Positions 13,180 to 26,096 of a DNA stretch of 64,000 nucleotides are shown one piece after another (the stretch's first letter is position 1; each line of letters starts with the position of its first letter). The stretch is from Octopus vulgaris (Eukaryota), in contig OX597836.1 of assembly GCA_951406725.2 (NCBI GenBank), positions 19,778,001 to 19,842,000 on the forward strand. The letters are read 5' to 3'. The notes under the pieces were generated by a model, which saw only the letters and a list, made by a program, of their open reading frames with translations, did no database searches and was not told where the DNA came from. Both the position numbers and the translations under genes were made by a program.

Positions 13180-13838
13180 ACGGATTTAAAAAAAATTTCT
13201 GTCGGTTTGTTTCGAGACGCATAAATTATAATGGTTATTGACAATTTTGTCTTTTTTCGGTATATTTGGCATTTTCTTTTGCCCTTATTTTGTAAATTAT
13301 TTATAAATTTAACCATTAAAGGTATTTTTAGATATGCTGGTCATTGATAAAAATTTTTTCTCGAAAAAATTTTATCCTACATTAGTTATATATATACTCT
13401 TTACTCTTTTACTTGTTTCAGTCAGTTGACTGCGGCCATGCTGGAGCACCGCCTTTAGTCGAGCAACTCGACCCCCAGGACTTATTCTTTGTAAGCCCAG
13501 TACTTATTCTATCGGTCTCTTTTGCAGAACCGCTAAGTGACGGGGACGTCAACACACCAGCATCGGTTGTCAAGCAATGCTAGGGGGACAAACACAGACA
13601 CACAAACATACACGCACACACACACACACACATATATATATATACATATATACGACGGGCTTCTTTCAGTTTCCGTCTACCAAATCCACTCACAAGGCTT
13701 TGGTCGGCCCGAGGCTATAGTGGAAGACACTTGCCCAAGATGCCACGCAATGGGACCGAACCCGGAACCATGTGGTTGGTAAGCAAGCTACTTACCACAC
13801 AGCCACTCCTGCGCCTATATATATATATATATATAGAT

Positions 13839-13896
<58 letters not shown>

Positions 13897-13933
13897 TTGT
13901 GTGTGTGTATGTATATATATATATACGTATATA

Positions 13934-13985
<52 letters not shown>

Positions 13986-14291
13986 CATATATATAATGGA
14001 TAATAAAACGAATGGTTTACACCTGGTAGCTTACTGGTAAAGCACAGTCACTTTCACAGTCTCTGCTCCGAACAATCACTGTCTATTCTGTGGACTAACG
14101 AGAGGATCATTAATAGAATTTCTCAACGACTCTCGAGATGCCTATCACGCATATAAATGTACTTTCGCACAATGCAGTGGAAATGAATTTTGAGTAACCG
14201 TTAACTTAATTTAATTTACTTTAATGTATGGATGACTTGAGTTTAATTTTAATCTCCCCATTCTTACAAACACCGAGTAAATAGCTAACTC

Positions 14292-14706
14292 GGATCTTTT
14301 CCTTTTGAACGGCAGACGTCAACACAATTTCTAGTTAACTAAACACTTTTAAACTTCGTATACTGGTAGAATGTGTTTATAAAACATCATGGATCATTTC
14401 CTTTTGAACGGCAGATGTCAACTAAGAAAAAAAAAAATGGGGATTAGGGTTAGGGTTAGGGGGGAGGTTTAGGGTTAGTTACAGGATGTTGTCTCAGTTT
14501 TAGACGCAGCAAATGAATTTAGCTCAAAAGAGAGCATAGGATTGGTTAAAATTCGAAATATTAAACTACGTTAAACAAACAAATTACAATTTTCTCAATA
14601 AAGCCAAGAGAAAAAAATGTTTTATTTTGACACATTCTACCAGTATACGAAGTTTTAAAGTGTTTAGTTAACTAGAAATTGTCTGCCGTTCAAAAGGAAA
14701 AGATCC
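14292..14706. mobile_element. GGATC-terminus MITE with 8-bp TSD (Merlin-like)
   Basis: TIR ggatcttttccttttgaacggcagac / gtctgccgttcaaaaggaaaagatcc. TSD gctaactc. Extra internal TIR copy at 14391 and TTAGGG repeats at 14443-14478. Confidence 0.9.
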
Positions 14707-15439
14707 GCTAACTCGGTTTGTGATCATGAGTGCACTAAACATCACGTGTGCGTATACTCACATTTTTGCGGATGTTTGTATGAGTGGATTTCATACACGG
14801 AAACTGAAATAAGACTGTCATATATATGTGTATATTTGTGTGTGAGAGTATTTGTAACCCCCCCCCCCCACCATGGCTTGACAACCGATGTTGCTGTGTT
14901 TACGTCCTCGTAACATAGTGGTTCGGCAAAAGAGGCCGATACAATAAGCACTAGACTTAAAAAGGGTAAATCCCGGGGTCAATTTGTTCGACTAAAGGCG
15001 GTGCTCCAGCATAGCCGCAGTCACATGACTGAAACAAGTAAAACAATATAGGCGCAGGAGTGGCTGTGTGGTAAGTAGCTTGCTTACCAACCACATGGTT
15101 CTGGGTTCAGTCCCACTGCGTGGCACCTTGGGCAAGTGTCTTCTACTATAGCCTCAGGCCAACCAAAGCCTTGTGAGTGGATTTGGTAGACGGAAACTGA
15201 AAGAAGCCTGTCGTATATGTTTGTTTGTCTGTGTTTGTCCCCCTAGCATTGCTTGACAACCGATGCTGGTGTGTTTATGTCCCCGTTACTTAGCGGTTCG
15301 GCAAAAGAGACCGATAGAATAAGTACTGGGCTTACAAAAGAATAAGTCCTGGGGTCACTTTGTTCGAGTAAAGGCGGTGCTCCAGCATGGTCGCAGTCAC
15401 ATGACTGAAACACGTAAAACAATATAAAACCGTTTCACT

Positions 15440-15473
15440 TTTAATCCCGAGCAACGCCGAGTACCTCTGCTAG
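15440..15473 (+). mobile_element. Helitron 3' end fragment
   Basis: cccgagcaacgccgag..gctag resembles the hairpin-plus-CTAG end of the element at 22916-23428. Confidence 0.5.
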
Positions 15474-16234
15474 CTTCAAATAAACACCGACCGAAGCAAA
15501 CATTCAAAGCAAGAGAAACATGCAATGATCTAAGGGAAGTAACTCTTATTGTATATTCCAGACTTAATTTTTATTTTGCTTGTTTTACCGAAACGAATTT
15601 CCGTGTTTAACTCTTCAGGTTTTATCTTTATATTTTTTTTATTTGTTCCAGTCATTGGGCTACGGCCATGCTGGGGCACTGCTTTGCAGAGTTTAAGCCG
15701 AGCAAGTCGATCTCAGTATTCATTTTAAAGTCTGGTATTTATTTAATAGTTTTTTTTTTGCTGAGCCGCTGTTACAGCGACGTAAACAAACCAACACCAG
15801 TTGTCGAGCGGAGGAGCTGGGATTGGGATTTGAATAAACACGAAGAGACTCACATAATTTATATATGGCAGGATTCCACACAGTTTCCGCCTTTCATATT
15901 TACTTGCATTGGTTGGGACAGCAGAAGACACTTGCTCAAGGTGCCAGACAGTGGGACTGAACCCGAAACCACATGACTGCAAAGCGAGCTTCTTAACCAC
16001 ACAGTCATGCCTGAAGAGATTTTTTTTTTCCACTCATTTGCAGAATATGCAGGAGTGGGGATGAGCAGAGCAGACAGAATTTGAACTCAGAACGTAACGA
16101 CAGACGAAATACTGCTAAGCATTTCGCCCGGCGTGCTAATGATCCCGCCGGCTCGCCGCCTTATTTCGCCCGGCGTGCTAACGATCCTGCCGGCTCGCCG
16201 CCTTAATAATGATAATAATAGTAATAATAACAAT

Positions 16235-16990
16235 CTTTTCTTCTATTGGCACAAAGCCTGAAATTTTGGGGGAGGGGACTAGTCGATTACATCGATCCCA
16301 GTGTTTCACTGGTACTTAATTTATCGACCCCGAAAGAATGAATGGCAAAGTCGACTTCGGCGGAATTTGAACTCAGAACGTAACGGCAGACGAAATACCT
16401 ATTTCTTTACTACCCACAAGGGGCTAAACACAGAGAGGAAAAACAAGGACAGACATGGATTAAGTTGATTATATCGACCCCAGTGCGTAACTGGTACTTA
16501 TTTAATCGACCCCGAAAGGATGAAAGGCAAAGTCGACCTCGGCGGAATTTGAACTCAGAACGTAACGGCAGACGAAATACCTATTTTTTTACTACCCACA
16601 AGGGGCTAAACACAGAGAGGAAAAACAAGGACAGACAAACGGATTAAGCCGATTATATAGACCCCAGTGCGTAACTGGTACTTATTTAATCGACCCCGAA
16701 AGGATGAAAGGCAAAGTCGACCTCGGAGGAATTTGAACTCAGAACGTAACGGCAGACGAAATACCTATTTCTTTACTACCCACAAGGGGCTAAACACAGA
16801 GAGGAAAAACAAGGACAGACAAATGGATTAAGTCGATTATATCGACTCCAGTGCGTAACTGGTACTTATTTAATCGACCCCGAAAGGATGAAAGGCAAAG
16901 TCGACCTCGGCGGAAATTGAACTCAGAACGTAGCGGCAGATGAAATACCGCTAAACATTTCGACCGGCGTGCTAACGATTCTGCCAGCTC
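16235..16990 (-). repeat. Tandem array of SINE family A (4 units, one head)
   Basis: Units joined at gaaatacc|tattt near 16399, 16581 and 16765. Confidence 0.9.
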
Positions 16991-17635
16991 AAATAAAATG
17001 TCATGCTTTGGTGCCTGACTTTCGGTTTGCCCTGTATGTATGTATGTATGTACATGTGTGTGAGCGTGTGTGTATGTGTTTATTTGCCTGTATGCTGTAT
17101 ACATGAATGTGAGAAAGACGTCGGTACAATAAAAATTAAAGGGAGACTACTTTCAACTATTTCTTAATGCTCATCATGTATCTGTAATGCAAGTAGTCTT
17201 CCCTTAGTTGCTATGGGAGACTATTCAATTAAGGGAAACAATCCGGAGAATGACACGTATTTCATGTAAGGGTCGTAAATCTTGTATCGATTGAAAATAG
17301 ACGTCGTCGTCTAAAAAAAGATATTCCCAAATTTCGTGGAATTATCTTTCTCACTGTCTATGGCCGGCTTTGATCTCTATATGATCATCGTTCTAGATTT
17401 ATCCGGTCTCTATAGGAGAATTCAGGTTCTCATTGCGCGCCTCGATATGTTGAATGTATCCAAAAGAAGAGAGGGGATCAATCATCAGTTTTTTTGTAGT
17501 CTTCAAAAATAGGGATAAAATCTAAGCCTTCACTCATAAGCGAATTGAGCACAACTTGTTTCAGGAAAGCGATGAGCTGGCAGAATCATTAGCATGTCTG
17601 GCAAAAGGCTTAATGGAATTTCGTTCGTCTTTACC

Positions 17636-18595
17636 TATTTCTTTACTGCCCACAAGGGGCTAAATACAGAGAGGACAAACAAGGACAGACAAATGGATTA
17701 AGTCGATTATATCGACCCCAGTGCGTAACTGGTACTTATTTAATCGACCCCCGAAAGGATGAGAGGCAAAGTCGACCTCGGCGGAATTTGAACTCAGAAC
17801 GTAACAGCAGACGATATACCTATTTCTTTACTGCCCACAAGGGGTTACACACAGAGGGGACAAACAAGGACATACAAACGGATGAAGTCGATTATATCGA
17901 CTTCAGTGCATAACTGGTACTTATTTAATCGACCCCGAAAGGATGAAAGGCAAAGTCGACTTTGGCGGAATTTGAACTTAGAACGTAACGGCAGACGAAA
18001 TACCTATTTCTTTACTACCCACAAGGGGCTACACACAGAGGGGACAGACAAACGGATTAAGTTGATTATATCGACCCCAGTGCGTAACTGGTACTTATTT
18101 AATCGACCCTGAAAGGATGAAAGGCAAAGTCGACCTCGGCGGAATTTGAACTCAGAACGTAACGGCAGACGAAATACCTATTTTCTTACTACCCATAAGG
18201 GGCTAAACACAGAGGGGACAAACAAGGACAGACAAACGAATTAAGTTGATTATATTGACCCCAGTACGTAACTGGTACTTATTTAATCGACCCCGAAAAG
18301 ATGAAAGGCAAAGTCGACCTCGGCGGAATCTGAACTCAGAACGTAACGGCAGACGAAATACCTATTTCTTTACTACCCACAAGGGGCTAAACACAGAGGG
18401 GACAAACAAGGACAGACAAACGGATTAAGTTGATTATATCGACCCCAGTGCGTAACTGGTACTTATTTAATCGACCCCCGAAAGGATGAAAGGCAAAGTC
18501 GACCTCGGCTGAATTTGAACTCAGAACGTAACGGCAGACGAAATACCGCCAAGCATTTCGCCCGACGTCCTAACGTTTCTGCCAGCTCGCCGCCA
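17636..18595 (-). repeat. Tandem array of SINE family A (5 units, one head) nested in an opposite-strand SINE
   Basis: Five ~183-bp units. Flanking duplication tcgttcgtctttacc at about 17621-17635 and 18596-18610. Confidence 0.9.
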
Positions 18596-20222
18596 TCGTT
18601 CGTCTTTACCTTCTGAGTTCAAACTCTGCTGGAGTTGACTTTGCCATTCGTCCTTTTGGAGTCGATAGAATAGGCACCAGATGAACATCTGGTTCGATGT
18701 AATCGACTTAGCCCCTGCCCTGAACATGCAGGCCTTGAGCCAAAATTTGCAATCATTATTATTTCAGGAGTCTATGCTTAGATGCGAGCAAACATAGTTA
18801 CCCTCTTGGCCTAGCTCCTCTCATCAAATTTTTCAGCTTCATTTGGAGACGAAAGTGAGAATAGAGAGGAAAGTATTCACCTCCAGTGAATTTGTCAACA
18901 GGCGAGTGAAAATAATAAGAGTGAATTAAACTACTATAAGATTATGTCTTTAGGTCAGAGAATAACAATTGGGTGAGATATGCTGCTGGTGGTCTGAATG
19001 CTTAGTGGTATTTTATCTGTCTTTACGTTCTGAGTTCAAATTCTGCTGAGGTTGACTTTGCCTTTCATCCTTTCGGGATCAATAAATTAAGTACCAGCTA
19101 TGTACTGAGATCGATGTAATCGACTAGTCCCCTCCCCTCAAATTTCAGGCCTTGTACCTATAAGAGAAAAGATCATTATTATTATTATTATTATCAAGGC
19201 AGTGAGCTAGCTGAATCGTTAGCACACTGGGCAAAATGCTTAGCAGCATTTCGTCTGGAGAGTTCCCTGTTTACCAGTCTGTTCCAACCCTGGCACTGCA
19301 ATCCCTCAGTAGAATGACTTTATCAGAATTGAGGATTTTCCTAAGTATGGCTCTCAGCTGGGTATAAAAAATAGTTTTTATCTTAATCACAAGTCAAAGT
19401 AGGTGTATAGGCATTTATTAGAGTAGCAAACCGCCCACCTTTCAGGTGCAATTGTAGAGTAATTAGACATTCCTTTATAGGAAAAGGAAGCTCCTCCAAC
19501 TTCTTAAGGATATCACATTGAACTGCAAAGCCAACACCAGCCTCTCTGTGCTCCTCCTTCAGTCTACCCTTCCAAAAAAAGGTATATCTACCTCCTATTT
19601 ATTCAAGCTGACCATCACCTTCTATACGAGTCTCTGAAAGTGCAGCTATATCAATGTTATAGTGGTTCAGCTTGCAAGCAATAAGGCCTACAATCACTCT
19701 TGTTATCCAACAGAGTGTGCACATTCCAACATGAAATGTTCAAGTTCCATCCAGATTTCATAAAAAAAAAAATCTCTTTATTTTTTGAGTGCAGGGTGGA
19801 CATCTGTCAGTTGCACTAAACTGACCAGATATAGAAAGACAGGTAATGTTTGATTCATCTAGAACCTCTCTGGCCTCAAGTTGAGCAGTGCCTTCCTTAA
19901 ATGGAGCTGCTCAGACACCCATGTAGCAACTAAATCTTATCATTGTCTTAGGTGACGAGGAGATGACTTTATATCTAGCATGGGCTGCCTATGTGCAGGT
20001 CGCTGACTACGTGCTTCCAACCCGTCAGGTCTGCATGCTTCACCACCTTCTCATCACTGCAGGACTTCCAAAAAAAACTGGCTGTCAGAGAGTGAACATA
20101 CTATTATCATATTCTTAAGAATGAAATCAACCTCTCTGTCTATATATCTACCCTCTTTATAATGTTGGCCAATGAAATATTGATAAGAATGTGCATTGTC
20201 CATTTGATTGGAAAATTCTATA

Positions 20223-20310
20223 AGTGGCTGAAGATTGGTCGACATTTTAAAACTGATGTAATACTTACAGTGTTTAATAAAATGAAGTAGCATGAAACAA
20301 TTGTACTACT
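20223..20310 (+). ncRNA. Type I hammerhead ribozyme (solo, PLE 3' remnant)
   Basis: agtgg-CTGAAGA(20228)-long imperfect stem II-GAAA(20294)-caattg-TA-ctact. Stem I agtgg/ctact pairs, stem III is palindromic, GUA triplet. Confidence 0.7.
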
Positions 20311-20444
20311 CTACCTTGGATATACATGTTGCTTATTTTGATTATTATCACCCCATTTGATTTATATGGATAATATCATACAAAATTCTGGTGTCTTTGA
20401 CTTAAGTACCATATTCATCTGAATCTAAATTTTGCTGAACTTAC

Positions 20445-20506
<62 letters not shown>

Positions 20507-20842
20507 TTTTTTTCTTTCTGTATTGTGTGTTCATTTCTTTTTTTGCATCTGTGATTTTATTTTTGATCTTCTATATAAATGAAAATATTTCCTTCGTTTT
20601 GGTGCTTTTATTTTTATGAAATGAGAAGATTCATTGCGGAACTGTTATTTTAACAAGTTGTAACTATGTATCACCTGATGAGACACATCTGAACTGCCAG
20701 ATACTTGTCTCACCTGTGAGGGACCAATGCTAGATGTGTGGAAACAATTGTGATTAATAAAAATTCTCCTATCTTCCATCTTCAGTCTTTCATTTACCAT
20801 ATATGTGTGTGTGTGTGTGGGTATACACACACACACACACAC

Positions 20843-20874
<32 letters not shown>

Positions 20875-22345
20875 GCAAGTATGTATGTTTGTATATATGT
20901 ATGTATGCACACTCTCACACACACACGATGGGTTTTCTGTGAACTAAATTCCACCCAGTTGATCACAAAGTTATATATTAGAAGAAATCTGGCCAAAGTG
21001 CCAGGTAATGGCATGGACCAAGCCCCAAACCATGTGGTTTACCAAGGGAACCTCCCTTTCTGACCACAGGGCCATTACTTGCACCTGTGTGAATTTTTTG
21101 CCTTTTTCTTCCTTTTTTTTTTTACAATGGAAGAATAAAACAGAACAGAGAAGTCAGGCCACAGCATCATATCTCCAGAGTTTTCTTGAAGAAGGGGTTC
21201 TAACCCCGAAATATTGAAATATAAAGTATAAAATAAAAAACAAACATCTATTTGTATCAATTACGAATAAACTATGGCAGCAAGCTAACAGGATCATAAG
21301 CATGCCAGACAAAGTGCTTAGTTGCATTTTTTCTGGTTTTATGTTCTGAGTTCAAATTCCACTGAGGCTGACTTTGCCTTTCATCCTTTTGGGGATGATA
21401 AAATAAGTTGAGCACCGGGGTTGATGTAATTGACAATCATCCTACTCTCTGAAAATTCCAGTTCTTATGCCTATAGTAGAAAGAATTATTTCTGATAAAT
21501 TGAAGTAGAAAGCTGGCAGAAACATTAGCACACCAGACAAAATGCTTTTGCAGCATTTCGTCCAACTCCCTATACTCTTTACTCTCTCTTTTACTCTTTT
21601 ACTTGTTTCAGTCATTTGACTGCGGCCATGCTGGAGCACCGCCTTTAGTCGAGCAAATCGACCCCGGGACTTATTCTTTGTTAGCCCAGTACTTATTCTA
21701 TCGGTCTCTTTTGCCAAACCACTAAGTGACGGGGACGTAAACACACCAGCATCGGTTGTCAAGCAATGCTAGGGGGACAAACACAGACACACAAACATGC
21801 ACACACACATACATATATATATATATACATATATACGATGGGTTCCTTTCAGTTTCCATCTACCAAATTCACTCACAAGGCATTGGTCGGCCCGGGGCTA
21901 TAGCAGAAGACACTTGCCCAAGATGCCACGCAGTGGGACTGAACCTGGAACCATGTGGTTGGTTAGCAAGCTACATACCACACAGCCACTCCTGCACCTA
22001 CGTAATACTATGTTCTGAACTCAAATTCCCCCAAGGTTGACTATGCCTTCCATCTTTCAGAGTTGATATAATTGGTACAGTTGAGCATTGGAGTTGTGCC
22101 TATATTAGAAAAATTATTTCTAATAAATTGACAGGGCAAGCTGGCAGAAACATTAGCATGTTGGACAAAATACTTTGCAGAATCTCTTCCAGCTCTATAT
22201 ATTCTGAGCTCAAAGTCTGTGAAAGTCAACTTTGCCTTTCCTGCTTTTGGGGTTGATAATATCAGTATCAGTTGAGCACTAGGAACTAATGTGATCAACC
22301 AGCTTATTCTCCCCAAATTTCGAGCTTTGGTGTTGGAGAAGACTT

Positions 22346-22660
22346 TTGCGGATTCCATGGACAGCGAGGCTCACCAATGGAGAAGTTCTTAAGCAGATAA
22401 GGCCGAAAATGTCGCTAGAAGCTGGGATCACCAAGCGTAGATTGGCATATTTCAGTCATATTATGCGGAGAAAATCCCTGGAGAAGAACATCATGCTTGG
22501 AATGGTCAGTGGCAAGAGAGGAAGAGGCCGACCAAGAACCTGCTGGCTTGACACCGTCAGGAGTGATACCGGAATGGACATGGACAATCTGAAGGAAGCG
22601 TCCCAGGATAGAACTGACTGGAAGACACTGATCCAATGAGTGACCGAGAGTCGACTTCGA
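22346..22660 (+). mobile_element. RTE/BovB-like LINE 3' end
   Basis: RIPWTARLTNGEVL..LEKNIMLGMVSGKRGRGRPRTCWLD..DRTDW. Confidence 0.85.
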
Positions 22661-22915
22661 CAATATTTAACCCTTTTGTTTCCACATTTTTGACTTTGTT
22701 TTGATTAATTTTGAAAATAATGAAGTATTTTGTAAAACTAGTTTGTCCTTGGGTTTGAAACATAAATTGGCATGAGATTTTGATGGAAGAAGGTTTTTTT
22801 ATTTAGAGCACATTAAAACAAGAAGTTTGTGACATATAACCAGGGGCCAGTTTGCCTATAGTAAAAAAGATTAATTTTCGTAACTTGCCTTGTTTTGGCT
22901 TAGAAATATTAAAAA

Positions 22916-23428
22916 CTAGCAGTATCGCCCGGCGTTGCTCGGGTTTGTAAGGGAAATAACTATATAAGCATTTTTAGAAAGTTACTTCCCTTATAGATGC
23001 CAATTCGGGCTTTCTTAGCCATTTCTGTTTTGGTGTCTTCAAGCCATAAAGTCGTTGTTCTAAAAGAACGCTGGTCTCCTTGACAACGCTTTACGACGTT
23101 GATTTCCTTACACTCCCTTCCCCACAGCTTCACGAGGGAGGGAAGAAGGGGGAGAAGCAAACAGGTGCAGGTGTGACCGTGGACGCCAACTCCGCCGCCA
23201 TCGACACACGAAAAATTATGCATTAAAATGGAATAAAAAATGATGTTAAATTATTTTTAAAATCGTAGACTCATCGTAGACGCGCGCTAATAGCCAGACG
23301 GGCTCGATATTAATCACGACTATAAGATACCCGGTTTTGGTTAAACTGCACCGCAAAATGTGGGAGGAGTTAGGAATCTAAATCGAAGGGGACAGACACT
23401 CACACAACTACAGTTTTATATATAAAGA
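22916..23428 (-). mobile_element. Non-autonomous Helitron
   Basis: Sense 5' A|TCTTTATATATAAA and 3' hairpin cccgagcaacgccggg followed by CTAG|T. No TSD. Confidence 0.85.
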
Positions 23429-23980
23429 TATAATAAATAAATAAATAAATTATCTGCCATGCTAAACTGACAATAATTATTGCAAGACGCTGATCTGAAC
23501 GTTTTGGCCAGCATTATTAACGAAATATGTATTGATTAAATTAGTCCTATGACATAAAACGATCTCTCTCTTCCAACAGTTGGGGAGTCTAAGTATGAAT
23601 GTCCGTGTTTGAGGTTTTCGATAATTTGATAAATCTCTGCTAAGAAGCTTAGATAACAGCAGAGCAAATGATGTCATGAGTGATTAGCTTAACACATATT
23701 GGCTAGCTGCACGTGTCACGTATAATGCCATAGACGCAAAAAAAAAACACACACATCTAAGTTATTTGCTTTGTGAGTCTCTTTGCGAGTACCAAATTAA
23801 ATTGAAGAGCCGAACTGAGGTTATTCAACCTGTGAGATAGAGTAACAGAAATAATAATAATAATAATAATAACGGTTGCTATTTTCTGTACTCCCTGATA
23901 ACATCATGTACGGAGGATCACGCCACCAATATGTGAGTCAGTCAATTTTTTTCCTATCTGCATGTTATCACATTCAGACA

Positions 23981-24030
<50 letters not shown>

Positions 24031-24578
24031 TAGCATGGACCAAGCCCCAAACCCTGTGGTTTACCAAGGGAACCTCCCTTTCTGACCACAGGGCCATTAC
24101 TCGCACCTGTGTGAATTTTTTGCATTTTTCTTCCTTTTTTTTTTACAAAGGAAGAATAAAACAGAACAGAGAAGTCAGGCCACAACATCAAATCTCTTTT
24201 GCTCTTTTGCTTGTTTCAGTCATTTGACTGCGGCCATGCTGGAGCACCGCCTTTAATCGAGCAAATCGACCCCGGGACTTATTCCAGTACGTATTCTATT
24301 GGTCTCTTTTGCCGAACCGCTAAGTAATGGAGACATAAACACACCAGCATTGGTTGTCAAGCAATGCTAGGAGGACAAACACAGACACACAAACGCATAT
24401 ATATATATATATATGATGGGCTTCTTTCAGTTTCTATCTACCAAATCCACTCTCAAGGCATTGGTCGGCCCGAGGCTATAGTAGAAGACACTTGCCCAAG
24501 GTGTCACGCAGTGGGACTGAACCCGGAACCATGTGGTTGGTAAACAAGCTACTTACCACACAGCCACTCCTGCGCCTA

Positions 24579-24600
<22 letters not shown>

Positions 24601-24609
<9 letters not shown>

Positions 24610-24948
24610 GAAATGAGGTACTCAGAAATTCGGATGGTTTTATATTTACAGATATTTATTTGTATATTACATGCTTTTATACATCATATAACTTATAGTA
24701 TATATTAGTATATATAGTATATATTATAGTATATATATTAGCGCTTTCGACCATTCTGGTGGAGTTTTCAAATTGAACTAAAACTCCACCAGAATGGATG
24801 AAAGCGCTAATATATGATATATGATCTAAGTTATATGATGTATAAAAACATGTAATATATAAATAAATATCTGTAAATATAAAACCATCCAAATTTCTGA
24901 GTACCTCATTTCTTCTAATATAAAATACCTGTACATCATCACCAAACC

Positions 24949-24953
<5 letters not shown>
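24601..24953. mobile_element. Foldback element in (TA)n centred on a hammerhead stem II
   Basis: Palindrome 24601-24922. Central perfect 18-bp stem flanked on both strands by GAAA-gcgc-TA. Short unpaired tail. Confidence 0.75.
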
Positions 24954-24976
<23 letters not shown>

Positions 24977-24979
<3 letters not shown>

Positions 24980-25270
24980 CTATACAATATGTTACATTAC
25001 TCGGTAGTCAAGATAAAACTCTGAGTTTCAGATGCCGAAGTGGCAATCCACAACACCATCTCTTCGGTTATCTGGCTATTTTTCTAGCCAGATAACCAGA
25101 TAAAAATAGCCAGATAACCGAAGAGATGGTGTTGTGGATTGCCACTTCGGCATCTGAAACTCAGAGTTTTATCTTGACTACCGAGTAATGTAACATATTG
25201 TATAGATAAATTTCCTCTATTTACATAATATTGAGGTCTCTTTCTTTCTTTTGTTATCTTACCGTTTTAT

Positions 25271-25273
<3 letters not shown>
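24977..25273. mobile_element. Foldback element in (TA)n with two hammerhead-like motifs (25011-25073 on -, 25112-25174 on +)
   Basis: Arms at 24977-25083 and 25102-25208, tail at 25209-25273. agataa-CCGAAGA-gatg..catc t-GAAA-ctcagag-TT-ttatct. Confidence 0.8.
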
Positions 25274-25327
<54 letters not shown>

Positions 25328-26010
25328 TATTATATTTTGGGTTGGTCATTGTTTTTTTCCTTTAACAAACACACGCACTATATATTCGTTCTTCACTCGT
25401 TTATTACTGTTCTTATTCTAACTCATGTCTATTGTCTGAAAATCTTTTGTCACACATTTGTGACCGCTTCAGTGACACTTTCCATCTTCATGTGTGTGCT
25501 CTTGCTCTGCTTATTCCATTCTGTTATATTGTATAATATATATGTGTATATGTACATACGTTATGTATATCACTTCCTTTCTCACTTGTTTTAGTAATTA
25601 GACTGCGGCCATGCTGGGGCACCACCTTCAATAATTTTCAGTTGAATGTATTTTTTAAGGCCTGTAACTTATTTTTTTGCCAAACTGCTAAGCAATAGGG
25701 ACATTAAGCAGTGGTGGTAGGTGGATAAACACAGACTCAAAGACACACACACATATAAACATATATATATCTATATATATGATGGGCTTTCAGTTTCTGT
25801 GTATCAAATCCACTCACAAAGCTTTGGCTGGTTTGAGACTATGCTAGAAGACATTTGTCCAAGGTGCCATGCATGTGGTTGGGAAGCAAGCTTCTTACCA
25901 TGCAGCCATGCCCGAACCATAATGTATATCTACATATATATTTGTGTGGGTTGTATGTATGTATACACACACACACATACATACATATGTATATAATATC
26001 TACACACTCA

Positions 26011-26096
<86 letters not shown>

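Larger units (their letters stand above)
12716..13387. mobile_element. Foldback element (inverted PLE pseudo-LTR-like) in (TA)n
   Basis: Inverted arms at 12716-12966 and 13058-13299, plus an unpaired tail at 13300-13387. Related copy at 46358-46575. Confidence 0.85.

Noticed and set aside
16235-18595. CRISPR-like regular repeats
   Set aside because: No unique spacers, the units are SINE bodies, the context is eukaryotic and there are no cas genes.
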